NCBI RefSeq assembly: GCF_036971445.1
Contig: NC_091472.1
Coordinates: 168,454,001 to 168,518,000 of the forward strand
Length of the DNA stretch: 64,000 bases
Direction of reading: 5' to 3'
Source: Narcine bancroftii
Lineage: Eukaryota
The translations under genes were made by a program, and so were the position numbers. The notes below the pieces were generated by a model. It was not told where the DNA came from. It ran no database searches and saw nothing but the letters and a program-made list of their open reading frames with translations. This document shows positions 62,004 through 64,000 of the stretch, piece by piece. Positions within the stretch are counted from its first letter, which is position 1. The number at the start of each line of letters is the position of its first letter.

Positions 62004-63659
62004 CTGAAAAAGCATAACCATATGATAGGACTTTCTTATACAGATAATTATGGTTTCTTTTAAAATGGTTAACAAATATACTTTTACCTAACACTAAAGA
62101 AATTTCAATACGTTTCGAATGAAATAGAAGTTAAAGAAATAGAAATAAAGCAAATATAGTCTTCACACATAATTAGTGTTGAAATTTGTTTCCAAAGAGG
62201 CTTAATCTATTTGCACACATCATTTTACACAAAAAATACATAATCTACTAGAAAGCACTCTTTTCCTGCTAACTTTTAGCATAATCCAACATAACAATCT
62301 ATTTATAGCAACTAAATGAATAAATGAAAGCATGGTATCCAAAGTCAAAATATTGGAGATATGATGGAGTGGATGACGGCAGCAATAGAAGGCAGAAGAG
62401 TAACAGGTAATGGAGGGACTTGGACACAAGGATGAAAACTCCAAATTGTAATTATTGAAACCATGAGGTAATGAAGATGAGAATAGATAGATGATTTAAA
62501 GCAAAGTTACATAAATTGCAAAGTATCAGCAGAACGGGGTTTGGACAGGATGGAGGCATGGGGCTGGGGAAATGGCACAATTGAGGGTTTGAACAGCAGT
62601 TATGATAAAGTATCAAGCAACTGATTTTAAAGTTAAATTGGCAGCCTTCTTGATGATTGTAACATGTGATCAGAAGTTTAATTTGGAAGTTGAATGGTAT
62701 GGTGAAATGTTCAGGGTCTAATTCATCTTGCAGAATAGCCATGAAAATGATTGAAATCAATTTGTGGCAGAAGTCATAATTGCACTCTCCAATGCTTCAA
62801 CCAAAACTGCTTTCAAGCAAGCAGTATGATCCACAGACACAGGATAAAATTTGCTGGTAAGAAAGCAGATTAATACAATTTCTAAGAGATGGTGTATCTG
62901 GTTAAAAAAAGAGCCTGAAGCAGCAGCGTGGCAATGGTAAGCAAAGCTGATAGTCTGATCAAGACAATCTCACTGAATGAGAAAAAACAGAGAAAGATGA
63001 TTAGGATGACCATCTTAAAGGATGTAAAAGCCAATGAGGGATCACACTAACCCAAGAGTCATTGGTTTTAAACTATTTTAATGTTCCATTCAGTTAAGCA
63101 AAGTGAACATTCAAAAACAAAATGAGCAAGCTGGAAGAGGCACTTATTTATAGAGTTGAAGAAAGTTAAGATTTTTTTGTAGGTATTTTGAAAAGGAGGA
63201 GGATGATCATTTAGATTTAGCAGGTGGTTGAAATTTATTGTAGATGGGACGTATGGACAGGGCACGTTTACAGGGACAGTATGAGATAAGAAAGAAAATA
63301 GAAAAGGTAAAAGTTTATGGCTAGAACAGGGTGGGTTGTGGTAGTGAGCAAGGGAAGGAAGAATACAGATGAATGATAGTCTGTATCTTAGCAACAGATT
63401 CACAAACTCATGCCTGTAGCAGTGGTTAGAGATCCAAGGAGGCAGATTGAAAAAGGAATGCTATAAATTTGATTCTGATCAAGAACTTGGAATATTTAAG
63501 AGTTTTGGGAGCCTAGCATAAAGCACAAAGGAGCTACAGTGAAAAACATTCAAAGGATAAAGAGCTGTTTTTGCTGGGTAATTTAATTTAAAAAGGAAAT
63601 ATAACCGAGGATGGGCAAATGGGTAAACCTTATGTTTATATTCAAATTAGTATCTTAAG

Positions 63660-64000
63660 ACCACAAGACATAATAGCAGAAAATAGGCTAAACAGCCACT
63701 AGAGTTTGCCCTGCCATTTGATCATGAGCTGATCCATTTTCCCCACTTAGTCCTATGGCCAACCTTCTCCCCATTACCTTTAATCTCTGCCTTAAATTCA
63801 CCCAATGACTTAGCATCCACAACCAGTGTGGCAACAAATTCCACAGATTCACTATTCTCTGGCTAAAGAAATTCTTCTGCATCTCTGTTCTAAGTGGATG
63901 CCCTTCAATCCTGAAGCTATGCCCTCTTATCCTAGACTCTTCCACCATGGGAAACAACCTTTCCACATCTACCCTGCCCATGCCTTTCAACCTTTCCTAA
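63660..64000 (-). mobile_element. CR1-like LINE 3' end
   Basis: RVDVERLFPMVEESRIRGHSFRI...FFSQRIVNLWNLLP. Confidence 0.85.

Overview
Vertebrate genomic DNA with spliceosomal introns and a high repeat content; the V-SINE (HE1-like), CR1, Rex1 and Penelope-derived repeats suggest a cartilaginous fish (inference). The right half carries 12 coding exons of pescadillo (pes1) on the minus strand (29504-62003, equivalent to human coding exons 4-15; exons 1-3 lie beyond the window end). All 12 have GT-AG boundaries and join into one open frame of 1497 nt. The rest is mostly transposable elements: a full-length 6.0 kb L1-clade LINE with a 17-bp TSD, the 5' half of a diverged L1, several L1 3' fragments, two decayed CsRn1-type Ty3/Gypsy elements, two related solo LTRs, hAT and Tc1/mariner-type MITEs, and RTE, Rex1 and CR1 fragments. 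I found no convincing new protein-coding system. The most unusual structures are: (i) a chain of microhomology-joined, templated fragments inserted into the 5' LTR of the first Gypsy; (ii) a composite hAT element (two palindromic MITEs around a fixed ~110-bp passenger) in three copies; (iii) a 76-codon ORF in the long L1 inter-ORF spacer overlapping the ORF2 start in both L1 copies. All coordinates were read by eye; edges of old repeats are approximate.
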